Notes under the pieces: generated by a model
Seen by the model: only the letters and a program-made list of their open reading frames with translations
Told to the model about the DNA's origin: nothing
Database searches by the model: none
In this document: piece after piece, positions 1 through 12,256 of the stretch
Layout: every line of letters starts with the position of its first letter
Numbering within the stretch: position 1 is the stretch's first letter
DNA from: Basidiobolus meristosporus CBS 931.73
Taxonomy: Eukaryota; Fungi; Basidiobolomycota
Reading direction: 5' to 3'
Length of the DNA stretch: 64,000 nt
Assembly: GCA_002104905.1 (NCBI GenBank)
Contig: MCFE01000484.1
Location: 3,858-67,857 of the forward strand
Position numbers and translations under genes: made by a program

Positions 1-2340
1 CTTTCAAGCAATCACAGGTGATAGGAAAATGTATTTGGCATGCAAAATAATTAGTCAATCACTAGACTTGAACTTCATTTTAATTGGCTGCCGCTATGAG
101 TAAGTATCCGCTGATTATCTCAATGAAATATTGGTTCATGCAATACTTTTGATGATTTTTTATAGGTAAGGACTTAAGACGTTTTTATCTAGTACGTTGA
201 GGACACTTGATTTACTCTCTTATCATCCAGCATTGCGTTGAATGCTGTTTACTAGTATTCATCCAATAACAACAAGCGAAGATTTTTCACCCGACCGCAT
301 ACATATTTTGATAGAATAGCTTGAATATTATAGGTTTATTTCAACCACCAGTTGCTCTGGTTCAACACTTCAGCCCAGAAGTATCATATCTACAACCCAT
401 GTCCAAGCGTCTAAACATGTGCCTAAGTCTTGGGATTGTTACATTCAATACATCCAATACCTGAATCTATTCGCTGAGAATCGCAATTGCAATCGCGCAA
501 GATAGTGAGCATTTCAGGCCAATGTCCAACTGAGAAAAATTATGCGCATGTTACACATGTGATGTGAAGTTTTCTTACGCCGCCATTTTCATACTCAAAC
601 TGACACACCAAAGTAAGAATACTATCTTACCTCAATGCTGAGAACTAAACGACTAGTGTCACGCATTCGGATTCAAAGGTGGCACAAAGCACTTGATATA
701 GCGATGAAGAATGCAATGTCGGGTAGAAAATCCAGTGATTAAAATAGCAGGTTACATCGAACAATAGATATACTTCTCTCCGTTTACTGATTGATGTGAT
801 ACAAACATTTACCCGAGACTAATGGGCCAATCTTGTCAGGACTGGTTGGTTATCTTGAAATAACAATTTTACATGCATTCAAATAGATTCAAATTTTATT
901 TCTTCAATCGTGTATTGTATTTGAACTTTTCCATGGACCAAATGGTTGGAGCATAGCGGGCATCCTCTTTGTCATTAGTAAACGAGACCAGACCTATCAT
1001 TGGGTGGATGGTTGCTTTTAGAATAGAATGTTTATTTTCGGCAATGCTCCCGTGAGTACAGATAAAAAAGCCTGCAGATTTTTCACCCTTAGATACCAAA
1101 TGGCCTTGCCACGGATCTTACTTGCATCGATGTTCTAGCCAAAGCCTCGCACGACAACATCATTACATTCCATGTCAGCAAACAAGTAACACCAGCCTCC
1201 GTATTTGTCAAATTACGACAAAGGCTTGCCTTCTTAACCACCCATTTAACAAGGTTTTGAGAATGTCACACCCGATAATATCCGGCTGGATTCACTGAGT
1301 GCCCATTTCAGGGCCTATACAATCCACAGCAAACCCGTCAACTCCTTTCGCACACACGCCGTACCAAGAGTTGAGATTCGTTCAATTGCACATTATACCA
1401 ATGGGCGCCGTGCAGATCTCCTACAACATTAGGGGATTTGGCTACTGAGTGAAAATTATCCCACCTTTTCTCTTGGAAATTGGTGCATCTACAGTTTGAT
1501 GTTGTTACGACTGAACTTTGAAGAATTATGTATATAGAATGTTCCCGCTCTTTACTCCTAGGAAAGGCATAAATTATGAGATGTAGTGCACTGTTCGTAT
1601 GTCCTTCGGGACCATAGGATCTGTCAAGTTTGTCATTCCAACAACCCTGCAAGGACAGTTTGTACATTCTAACCGCTTGACTACTATTTACCAATTGAAA
1701 CTAAAATGGAGTTTAACCCTAAGCGTCATTCCTCAACATCTCTATCGCGTGTGCATGACTTGTGAATAGCTGCTACCAGACACTCTTATTACATAAGATT
1801 CCACAACAATGTGAACGCTGCTTGTCCCAGTATTGATAGAGGACTCAATGCCAAGTACCATGTTGGTAATACAAGCACAACAGAGTAAACCAAACAGAAA
1901 CAAGCTTGGCTAACTATTCTTACAGAATCAATATTGCCTTGTCTCTGTTTAACTAAAATTCAGAACTTTGTCCGTGGTGATAGTATGAAGTATTGAAGTA
2001 AAACATGGGATAGCCATCAAAGACACCAACGAACCTCAGATAATTTGTATAATCTTTTTTCTCATTCGTACAATGGTTAAAAATATCTTCAAAAACTTTT
2101 TCGTCATCAGTGAAGATTCGGCAACCGACGGTCATATCCATGAAGATCTTACTGTCCTTACAGTCATGAAGTTACAAACATGCTTTAGCATGTAAGCCAC
2201 CACTGAGTGAACAATATGGCGATGTCGAATAGTACAGCTATCAAGCGTAGAATATTCTTTGGATCGAAGAAACCAAAATACCTCTCCACGCTCAAAATTC
2301 TGTAGATCACTAAAGATGAACACATGTAACAGAAATACAT

Positions 2341-3392
2341 TGCCTAAATATGGCAATGGTCGACCCATGACACTATCTAGAAATAGAGTGCCGATCCACG
2401 ACAAGATGACTTCTCCGTATATGGTAGGATCCTTGAAATCCCTCTCGATCTGAGAAGGTGAGCCAGATCCAAGTTGATTGGATTGAAAGTTGTGGAAGTC
2501 CCCTACCCAAGATTCCTTCACTTGTCGAGGATAGCGATCGAATCCCAATCGCCATTTGGTTCGGCCACAGACTCTAGGCCTGAAATGGTAAGAGAGTTTG
2601 AATCCTTTGTAAATTGGTCTGCCCTTCCTCGGTTTTCCTCAGCTTTCCTCGGCTATATATTACGAGCCTCATGCCAAGGATCCAGCATCTTCATAACAGC
2701 TCAACAATCCAGTATGGTCAAGATCTCTTCTATCTTTGCTGGTGTCACTGTCGCTGCTGCTGGCCTTTTGGGCCTGGCTGTCCAGGCACTCCCTGCCTCA
2801 ACCACGCCCAGCACTACCCCAAGTCAGACTAGCACTACAGAGGTGTCTGGACCCCATGTCAAGCTAGCCGCTCTGTCTGAGCTCGACAACGCCTGCTCAC
2901 TACAGTTCCGCTTCGATAACGGTCAGTGCACAGACTGGGCTGATGCCCGCTACTACCAACTTACTTGCCACCACACTCAGTGGTGGGGGAATGCCAAGAC
3001 TTGGCCCGCAAGTGCTCGCAACACCGATGGCTGGGTTGTCTCCAACGAGCCACGAGTCCCCTCCATCATCGCCATCCAGCCTGGATACCAAGGGTGTGAC
3101 TCCTATGGCCACGTCGCAGTCGTCGAGAGCATCAACGATGATGGAAGTGTTTACACCAGCAACTGGAACTACATTGAGAATGGACGCGGCGGTCCCTACA
3201 TCACCACATACGTCAACTTCTGGCCCGGAGAAGGGGTCTCCTTCATCTGGTATGAATAGGAGAGATACCCAACAATGGAATATACCATTCAGCAATGCCG
3301 GCATATACCCAACAGAGTATTTACCCAGTAGTGTCATCAATTCCCCGATAAATAAATACTAAAATAGTAAAGTAATACGTTTTGCCAGTGTG
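2341..3392 (+). repeat. 1052-bp direct duplication, copy 1 (carries CHAP gene with promoter and 3' UTR)
   Basis: Matches 4361..5412 (offset 2020) at all but 7 positions in a line-by-line comparison; flanks are unrelated. Confidence 0.97.
2714..3259 (+). CDS. Secreted CHAP-domain protein (putative peptidoglycan amidase/endopeptidase), copy 1, 181 aa, intronless
   Basis: Likely start MVKISSIFAGVTVAAAGLLGLAVQA (signal peptide), then an S/T/P linker, then CHAP motifs GQCTDWA (Cys), WGNAKTW, GHVAVVE (His) and SNWNY; TATA-like TATATAT about 55 bp upstream and AATAAA at about 3350. Confidence 0.85.
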   Translation: MVKISSIFAGVTVAAAGLLGLAVQALPASTTPSTTPSQTSTTEVSGPHVKLAALSELDNACSLQFRFDNGQCTDWADARYYQLTCHHTQWWGNAKTWPASARNTDGWVVSNEPRVPSIIAIQPGYQGCDSYGHVAVVESINDDGSVYTSNWNYIENGRGGPYITTYVNFWPGEGVSFIWYE

Positions 3393-4360
3393 TTGTCAAA
3401 AAATGACTGCCTACATGATTACAGGCATCCAATAAGCAATTTCACTAGAATTTGAGATTGAATGGTATGCTATCTGCAGCAGTGGGAAACGATAGGGGTA
3501 ACCGTGATCTAGCATAACTGTTTGAGTGAAAGGGTGAGGTACTTGAAGGTAGGTAGGTAGATAGTGATCTACTTCTCTGCCAATCATGGTCAATAATCGT
3601 GGTGATGCGGAAGGGATAAGCGTAATTTATCAGGAATGCCGGTGTTCCATACCATTTGGTTCTGGTCTACACACGTTGAAAAGATATTCTGTTTAGAATC
3701 CAACTTGGCTATGCCTGCTTTGATCCTTTTTTGATGGTCATATCACTCAGCAGCATGCGTTATGGTTTTAAACGTCAAAAGAATCGAGGTGGCAATGAGT
3801 GACTAGAGAAGTGTTCCCTCATCACTCATCAATCTATTGAGCTGATATTTTTCGTACTCTTCACTGAGGATTAATTGATTACGCCTTGACTTGGTGCGAA
3901 CATCAACGTACGTATATGCTAACCACAAAATAAGTCACGACTTCATAATAATTTTCCCGTTTGAAGCTTACTTGTGTCGCTATTTTTGAACACTTCACCA
4001 CTATGGGTAAGAGATAGTGATCGAAAGGCTCCGTCTTCGAATTCCACTCGGATGAAATGAACCACTTCTAATCTGTCAGTCATCATTCTCATAGCCTGAT
4101 AGTAAGCCTGAGCTACCAATGAGAACTCCATACCCGAATTGCATAGGGCTTTGGAGCCTCTATATTCATAGTCTAGACCTGAACCCAAGTTCCACAATGT
4201 AAGCTATTCGACTTGTTGAAATGCAGCTCTCAACAAGTATGAGGCTTGAGTAGTCTTCTATCAAGAATAGCAAGGACTGTGAGCTGCTTGGTGTGGGTGA
4301 GGGGAAAGGATGTTCCTTAATCGGAAGTACATATCTAGGTATGTACTATCTTGACTTCCG

Positions 4361-5412
4361 TGCCTAAATATGGCAATGGTCAACCCATGACACTATCTAG
4401 AAATAGAGTGCCGATCTACGACAAGATGACTTCTCCGTATATGGTAGGATCCTTGAAATCCCTCTCGATCTGAGAAGGTGAGCCAGATCCAAGTTGATTG
4501 GATTGAAAGTTGTGGAAGTCCCCTACCCAAGATTCCTTCACTTGTCGAGGATAGCGATCGAATCCCAATCGCCATTCGGTTCGGCCACAGACTCTAGGCC
4601 TGAAATGGTAAGAGAGTTTGAATCCTTTGTAAATTGGTCTGCCCTTCCTCGGTTTTCCTCAGCTTTCCTCGGCTATATATTACGAGCCTCATGCCAAGGA
4701 TCCAGCATCTTCATAACAGCTCAACAATCCAGTATGGTCAAGATCTCTTCTATCTTTGCTGGTGTCACTGTCGCTGCTGCTGGCCTTTTGGGCCTGGCTG
4801 TCCAGGCACTCCCTGCCTCAACCACGCCCAGCACTACCCCAAGTCAGACTAGCACTACAGAGGTGTCTGGACCCCATGTCAAGCTAGCCGCTCTGTCTGA
4901 GCTCGACAACGCCTGCTCACTACAGTTCCGCTTCGATAACGGTCAGTGCACAGACTGGGCTGATGCCCGCTACTACCAACTTACTTGCCACCACACTCAG
5001 TGGTGGGGGAATGCCAAGACTTGGCCCGCAAGTGCTCGCAACACCGATGGCTGGGTTGTCTCCAACGAGCCACGAGTCCCCTCCATCATCGCCATCCAGC
5101 CTGGATACCAAGGGTGTGACTCCTATGGCCATGTCGCAGTCGTCGAGAGTATCAACGATGATGGAAGTGTTTACACCAGCAACTGGAACTACATTGAGAA
5201 TGGACGCGGCGGTCCCTACATCACCACATACGTCAACTTCTGGCCCGGAGAAGGGGTCTCCTTCATCTGGTATGAATAGGAGAGATACCCAACAATGAAA
5301 TATACCATTCAGCAATGCCGGCATATACCCAACAGAGTATTTACCCAGTAGTGTCATCAATTCCCCGATAAATAAATACTAAAATAGCAAAGTAATACGT
5401 TTTGCCAGTGTG
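4361..5412 (+). repeat. 1052-bp direct duplication, copy 2
   Basis: Near-identical to 2341..3392. Confidence 0.97.
4734..5279 (+). CDS. Secreted CHAP-domain protein, copy 2 (identical protein)
   Basis: Same ORF as 2714..3259 with only two synonymous changes (CAC/CAT, AGC/AGT). Confidence 0.85.
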   Translation: MVKISSIFAGVTVAAAGLLGLAVQALPASTTPSTTPSQTSTTEVSGPHVKLAALSELDNACSLQFRFDNGQCTDWADARYYQLTCHHTQWWGNAKTWPASARNTDGWVVSNEPRVPSIIAIQPGYQGCDSYGHVAVVESINDDGSVYTSNWNYIENGRGGPYITTYVNFWPGEGVSFIWYE

Positions 5413-5467
5413 ATCCGTCTGACTTATTCAAATTAGAATATCAGTTTAGTGCTAAGATTTGCAGTTC

Positions 5468-6240
5468 TCATAAAAGATTCTCAAGGTGAATGAATACACA
5501 TCTTCCACACCTTCCTCCAACGCTTTTTTTGACGTGAAATAGCCCGTTGCAAATCCCTAACCCTAAGTAGCACTGTATATGGCAATAGTCAACAAGAATG
5601 CGCATCTTGCTGTGAATGATTGGAAAACAAGTTGAAGGTGATGAATGTTTAATCGTAGTTGGCATGCAATATACTCTAGGCGAACCCTGCTAGTGAGATT
5701 GCCGAATTCCTTCCAGGGCCAATGCCTGTAAAGTCTGTGATAAGTTGTCCTGATCAACAGAGGAGTTTCCATTACTTGTAGAAGCAGCATCACTCTTGGG
5801 GATTAGAAGATCCCCTAATAGATCTGGTAATGCGGTTAGAAGGGGCGTCACATACAGAATATTCACCAAACTATATACCTTTAGATTTTTTGTCCTCCAC
5901 CTTCTTGACTTCCGATAGCTCAAGCGCTGTTTCGGACAGCTTGATTTTCAGCGTTGGATGCTTTTTGAAAGTGATTTGCCCACCCCATAGCCAGGTTGGA
6001 ATTTCCTTCGGAATGCTGATTTCTGAAGTGAACCGCTCGATAAATTCTGTTTCTTCCGAGCCTACCACTCCATCTCTCAGGTACCTGCACATGAAACGGT
6101 TGGTAGAAGCATCCAAGGCAGGTTTAAGCTATCTGTTTACCTCGCATATTCGGTCAAAGCTGATGGCACGCTGTAGAATTGCAGCTTGCGTAAACACATG
6201 ACCACGACACCAGTAACCACTGAACCATCAATACAATGAA
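5468..6240 (-). pseudogene. Possible decayed gene or TE remnant of unknown family
   Basis: Protein-like fragments (5871..6116, 5690..5923, 5468..5665) chain together across stops and one frameshift; no family recognised. Confidence 0.25.
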
Positions 6241-7102
6241 GATAGAGAGGATGATATTCGGGGTTGATAATAATCTATAAGGCGATTCATGAGTAATTAT
6301 CTATAGCCGTTCGAACCAAACCACTACCTCGAGGATTTGAACCACCTTGGAGAAATTCAAGGGGACATTTTCTTTCGGCTTTTTGACGCGAATCATCATA
6401 TTGATGATTCCGTGTTCTCTACAGAAGGTCACCAATTCCTGTGTTGGTTGATCCGGTATTAAAGATAGCACCGTCTTCAGTTTGAGTCTTGAGGAATGTT
6501 ATCAAAAATACAAATACTACTGCTCAATAGGAGAGATGCACTCACCGCTTTAAAAAACGCAGATTCCGCTCCTTAGGATAAGCTCCGCGAAATATGTTAC
6601 TCTCAACTATACCATATCGAAAGGGGGGTACAATAGGTGGAAGAATACGATTTGCTTGCATAGGTGCACACAGAAGGAATATTCGCAGCAGTTAAACAGC
6701 TATCATGCACCACTAAGGCTAGCTAGCAAGCAAGCGGTGGTGAGAAAGTTAAGCAAATTTTATGGAAAACACACAATTCTGAATAAATTAGTATACAGGC
6801 TTTACTTGATTAGCAGAGAATTTTGAGGGACAAAAAAAGCTAGAAATAGGGGCACCACCGATCATCACAGAATAGAGGCCTCTCACCAATTTCCAACTCA
6901 CCTTTACATTGCGAACTCCTGAGCTTCACGAAATACTCGTTGCTCTCAATTGCCCGCTTCTTCACACACAACCATTTGCCTTCTCGGTGTTTTTCGTGGG
7001 ATTTTTCACTCGGCGGGGAAATTTAGAGTTTTGCAAGAGTCGAAATACGCCAGTTGTATTGTTTGACCGGAAATATTGATAATAAATAGCATAACAACCC
7101 CG

Positions 7103-9783
7103 ATGTCCTCTAACCCTACGTTTGGCACGCCTTTGATTCAAACACCCCTTGGATCTTCCGCGATACCTATCATCGCTCCTACCGAAGAGAACCAGGGCCA
7201 GAAAGAGGCAAAACGTCAGTGGTTACCTTTCAAATTGATTAGTGCTATTTGTTCGTGAATCTAACTCCCTTGATTAGCAAAGGCACCTTCCAGCACTCCT
7301 ACCACTCCAAACACAAAGTCACGCACTTGTCGTAACGTGATTATTCATGGGTACTGCAGATACGAAGGAAAAGGCTGCGAGTTTAATCATGATCTTAACG
7401 TATGTTTTCCAACAAACCGTATATAAACAACCGGTGTATTAACCGCGGAACCTCCCCATCTAGTCCAATGCGCCGACTCCCGTTACCTCGCCCGAATCGT
7501 ATAGCTCTTTCGTTGCCTTCTCACCAGGCTTCATCTGATCTAACCAATGTTTTTGGTGATAGAAAGTCGAAACTTAGAATAACCTCACCGGCCTTCAATC
7601 CCACGGGAGCCCTTACCTCGGCCCTGAAATTTAACTCGCCAGTAGGTAGGGAATAGCTTGATGTTGCCGGCCATAGCGGTGACACACATCTAACCTAATA
7701 TGTTGCACTCTACGTAGCCGTAGTTGAGAAGACACCAGTCAACTAACGGACCCAGTGGCGTTGACTTTGAGACAGGGTATTGGACACCGTGGTCGATTTC
7801 ACTTTCCAGTCATTAATTATCCATCTTCTCACGGAATAGAGCGCCTTACTATGCTCAGCCTGCCAATTCGGGCTATCATCCCTCAAACTCGAGTGTAAAT
7901 CACCTGTCGGCCGACTTTGGCTCGATGGACCTGGACAACGGCATGGTAAGTGCGCGTGCACCAATGTGAATCAACATCATCACCCAGCCAGCTTACCAAC
8001 TACCATGCATGCAACGCTAGTCGGCGAACTACCCTCCGCTGGAGCTTCGATACCACCTGTACACCACACCACTTCCACACATCACCAATCTTCCGCCCAA
8101 CCGCAAGACAATCCACTCGTTTTTCATGTCGGATAATTTACGCGAGGAGCTGCAGAGAAAGAACGAAGCGTCAATTCAATACTTGGATCGTATGTGTGGT
8201 TTATTTAGACTGACGGACTGCTCTCGCGTCTTGTTAATTCTCTCCAGCAGCACAAGACTCAGCACTACCTGCGGAGGTGCATGTGTACCATTCCCTGTAT
8301 CCTCTAGACAGCCCCAATCAGGCCAAATCTACGCAGGCCTTTGGGTACCCTACCTCGGTGTACAAAGCAGCAAGCAGCATCGATGGGAAGCTCTACGTGC
8401 TTCGTCGAATCGAAGGTTCCTTTCTTTCCTGACCACCTTGATAGAGAGTGGCTAACCCCTTTCGGACGCTAGGCTACCGTTTGACGAATGAGGCAGCAAT
8501 GTCGACCATCGAAAACTGGCGCAAGATAAGCCATCCGAACATCGTGTCTGTGCGCGAGGCGTTCACCACCAAAGCATTTGGCGATCACTGTACGTAGTTC
8601 CATCTAACCGACGGCCTTGCAGTAAACTGATTGATATGTTTAGCTTTGGTGTTTGTCTACGACTACCACCCGTGCTCCACCACACTGGCCGATCAGTACC
8701 TCCATCCCAACGCAATCCTCCCTTCAGCGAGGAACTCCCTCAGCGCGGACAACATCACCGAAGTCAAGTTTTGGAGCTTTGTTGTGCAGATAACCTCGGC
8801 ACTCCGTACGCTACATGCAGGTGGCCTGGCAGCCTGTATCCTGGACCCAACCAAAATATTGATTACCGGAAAGAACAGGTACACTCCACCAAGTCTCCCG
8901 GGAAGCGCGTGCTAACTCAGTGTGTCCTTTAGGATTCGTCTCAACTGTTGTGGGATCTACGACATGCTTTCATACGCCAGCACCAGAAACACCGCCCACT
9001 ACCAGGTAGGTCAACCCCATGCCGACCCACCTCCCCACACGCTCACGTAGTCCACTTTCTAGCAAGAGGATTTGCTCCAGTTCGGCCAGCTGCTGACGTG
9101 CTTGGCATGCAACTCCTCCAGCGCGCTCGCCAACCTTCCCAAGTCCATCGACTTCATTGCCCGCCACTATTCTCCAGACGTCAAGAATCTGATCCTCTAC
9201 CTCCTGAGCAAACCCTCCACGACCAAGAACATCGATGACATCATCGGGATGCTGGGGCCCAAGATGCTGCTGGAGCTGAACCGCACCCACTAGTAAGCCA
9301 ACCCTTGAATCGAGGCATCCCGATGCACGCATACTAACCCCGCAACCCGCTAGCTACAACGACTTTTTGGAAAACGAGCTGTCCACGGAGCTGGAGAACG
9401 GCCGGATTGCTCGACTGATGATGAAGTTGGGCTTCATCAATGAAAGGCCAGAGTACGTCATATCCGCGCATTGTATCGCCGCACATTAACTGAGAGAAAC
9501 TTTGACATTGACTAGATTCGATCTGGATCCCAGTTGGTCCGAAACCGGAGACCGCTATTTGATCAAGCTGTTCCGAGACTATGTCTTCCATCAGGTGGAT
9601 GAGAACGGGAACCCGGTGTTGGATATCGCCCACGTTCTGTCCTGCCTGAACAAGCTGGATGCCGGTCTGGAGGAGAAGATCATGCTGATGTCGCGGGACG
9701 AGCAGTCTTGTTTGATTGTGAGCTACAAGGAGCTGAAGGATTGCGTCCAGCAGGCGTTCTCCGACCTCACCAGACGCCATTGA
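7103..9783 (+). CDS. PAN3: PAN2-PAN3 deadenylase subunit PAN3 (multi-exon)
   Basis: Exon 1 7103..7214 splices in phase to 7278; CCCH finger [22 protein letters not shown]; pseudokinase segments ([22 protein letters not shown]); C-terminal [30 protein letters not shown]. Confidence 0.95.
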
Positions 9784-9900
9784 AGATTTTTCCGTTCTAA
9801 CCTTCATGTAATTAAGAAAACACGCCAACATTTCATGGAAATATTTGGTAAAAACCCCCAAAAACATCAATAAATCTTCGGAAGATAGCAATTATCCGCA

Positions 9901-10165
9901 CGGCCAGGAGTCCATCTCGGCTCTAGCGGCAAAGATGGCCCCCACTCCTGTGGAATTCCTTGTTGGAGTGGTTTTGGTGGAATAAGACCCTTAAATGGGG
10001 GCGTCCACCAATGGCCGACCGCACCTGGAATGGGTTTGTTTGGACCATCTCCAATTTGTTACTCCTTGTCGATGTCTAGGCCGGCATCGATTGCGTTATC
10101 GGAAGGCCATACCATTGTGTGGGATCGGTGAACGGTGATCCGTGGAATCTCCTCCCTGATCCCTG
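9901..10165. ncRNA. Candidate structured RNA of unknown family
   Basis: Intergenic GC-rich block with several hairpins: CAGGAGT/ACTCCTG with CCATCT/AGATGG, TTGGTGGA/TCCACCAA, TCGATGTC/GGCATCGA, GGATC/GATCC; no diagnostic snRNA, SRP or RNase P motif recognised. Confidence 0.25.
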
Positions 10166-11239
10166 GTTGCTAACGTAAAATACGGAAACCTTTGAGGTAA
10201 ATATGTGCTACGCATCTACTGACTAATCTTAAATAAGCTAGCAACTTAATTCCCATTTACATTTACCTTGAACTTACACACCAGATCGACCCAAGAATGC
10301 ACTTGTCATGTTAAATATCACCGGATCAACCAAGTGAAGAACAGTCGGAAGGCTTATGTGCTTCACATACCTCACCGACCATGAGCCTTCTCTAGTCGCC
10401 GGCTGCTCTCAGCAAGAAGCAAGGCGAATGTGCGCAAACTGGTTTTGCTTGTTATTACAACTCGTTGATACTCCACGTGGTTTCCTGGATTTGACTGGAT
10501 TACAAATCCATTCTTTTAGGAAGCGCTGACAGATGAATTGCATATATGGCTAAACAAGCTTCCTAACCCAGCAACAACCCAAATCCACATTGATGGCTAC
10601 GGATATGGCCAAGCATCCCCCAGAGATCAGAGTCAGTATACGGAAAGTTTACCCGCGGGTCAAAAATTACCAAATGCCCATCGAATTGGGAACAATGGTC
10701 GCTTTTGGCTATATTAAGGAGAGAAACAAGCATATCCAGAGGCCAAACCGGGCTAAACAATTAAAATGTGAGTGGTGGCCCAGGTTCGAGGCTATGGTGA
10801 TGGTAAAACAATATAGTTGGGAATTCTCCTCATTTACCAGAATTAGCAACTGGTGCAAAGCAAGAGCAAGCACAAGTAGCAGGGCAAGTGCAGGAGCAAG
10901 TGCAAGCGTAACTGAAAGCGTAACTGAAAGCGAAAGGGCCCGTGGAAATGCAAAGGTCTACACCGCACCGCTACGTCGCAAGGCCATCGTTCTTGGGCAA
11001 CCAGTCCATGCGTATTGCGAATAAAGTTCGCATCAGCGTGGATTCATATCTCGACCTGATCAGGCAATGATTCTTTAGGGCAGAAACTTCTAAGACCATT
11101 CGATAGCACATGATTTGCTAGGTGCGGCGGGCCAATGACCATCCGGCGGTGGCTCCTACATAAGGCGGGCGGCTGGCGATGAACGTCGCATTCCTTCACC
11201 TTCTGTACATTTATTCAAAGATTAGATTCATGAGCATTG

Positions 11240-12256
11240 ATGGCATTACTAATACATGACACCAACGATCTTGAGCAGATCGAACTCGCCATCACTCCAT
11301 ACTTTCGGATCATTTCGATGGGGATTTTAGTCATAGTGATCGTGTGTGCGATCATGATTTGGATTTGGCGAAGACAGCTCACCCATCGAACCTCCTACAA
11401 CCTCGCCTTCTGGAGTCTCGTATGCATTCTTATTTACCACGCGATGGGCTTTTTCAAGACCACGTCCACCCAGCTCTCCATCTGCACTGTAGTCCCCTTC
11501 TTCGAAAACGTCGCCAAGCTATCGGCCGTCTTCATCACTGGATGCATTGCGTACAACCTCCGGCGAGTCTTCATCAAGAAAATGTCGGTGCCCCCCAAGC
11601 TGGTCCGTGGCTATATCCCTCTCTCCATCCTCTTCGCCGTCATCGTCAGCATCCCCGGGCTGGTCTACTCGCTGGACCGGGACATCTGCTGGCTCAAGGA
11701 CAAATCCAACATCTGGCCCATGATCTATTGGTGGATCACCTCCGAGGTGTGGATGCTCATTGTGCTGACCTACTGCCTGGTCATCGTGATTGTGGTCTTC
11801 AGAATCATTCATCAAGGCAATCGCGAAATCAAGCGACTGCTGAGGAGACCAGATGGAAGCGATGGCCAGCCGCCAGTGGTGCGCCAACGTAGCAGGCAAC
11901 TCAATCAGGCTGCGGTGCGCATCATCATGTATCCTATAGTACCCATCCTCAGCTTCACCCCCAGCCTGGTCACCTTCACCATCCAGATGATCCAGTTGGT
12001 TGGCCACCACATGCACAGCGCGCGTTATCAGGAGATCATCCAAAACTGCACTCTGGCTGCCGATTTCATCAGCTCTTGGACCGGGATATTCGCCGGGATC
12101 GCGTTCATGTGGGACCCGGTCGTGACCACGGTTATTATGGAAATCAGGGTCAAATATGGCTGGGCCGACGGTCCCGAGGCCAACAATCAAAAGCCGGAAA
12201 TACAAATAGACGAAAGCGGTACCTTCCGGATTAGTAGCACCATGCCTATTATGTAA
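11240..12256 (+). CDS. Seven-transmembrane GPCR-like receptor (cAMP-receptor/Git3-like fold), intronless
   Basis: 338-aa ORF with about 7 hydrophobic segments, TM3-end IAYNL, ECL2 ICWL, basic third intracellular loop, TM7 GIFAGIAFMWDP. Confidence 0.75.
   Translation: MALLIHDTNDLEQIELAITPYFRIISMGILVIVIVCAIMIWIWRRQLTHRTSYNLAFWSLVCILIYHAMGFFKTTSTQLSICTVVPFFENVAKLSAVFITGCIAYNLRRVFIKKMSVPPKLVRGYIPLSILFAVIVSIPGLVYSLDRDICWLKDKSNIWPMIYWWITSEVWMLIVLTYCLVIVIVVFRIIHQGNREIKRLLRRPDGSDGQPPVVRQRSRQLNQAAVRIIMYPIVPILSFTPSLVTFTIQMIQLVGHHMHSARYQEIIQNCTLAADFISSWTGIFAGIAFMWDPVVTTVIMEIRVKYGWADGPEANNQKPEIQIDESGTFRISSTMPIM

Noticed and set aside
2474-2713. 80-aa N-terminal extension of the CHAP ORF in the ORF track (also 4494..4733)
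   Set aside because: Begins at a non-ATG codon and spans the TATA-like box; the ATG at 2714 gives a clean signal peptide
5555-5566. CCCTAACCCTAA telomere-like repeat
   Set aside because: Only two units; expected by chance
10590-11024. 144-aa ORF with ASASVTES low-complexity repeats
   Set aside because: Driven by short tandem repeats (GCAAG-type and GCGTAACTGAAA twice); no recognisable domain or splice support
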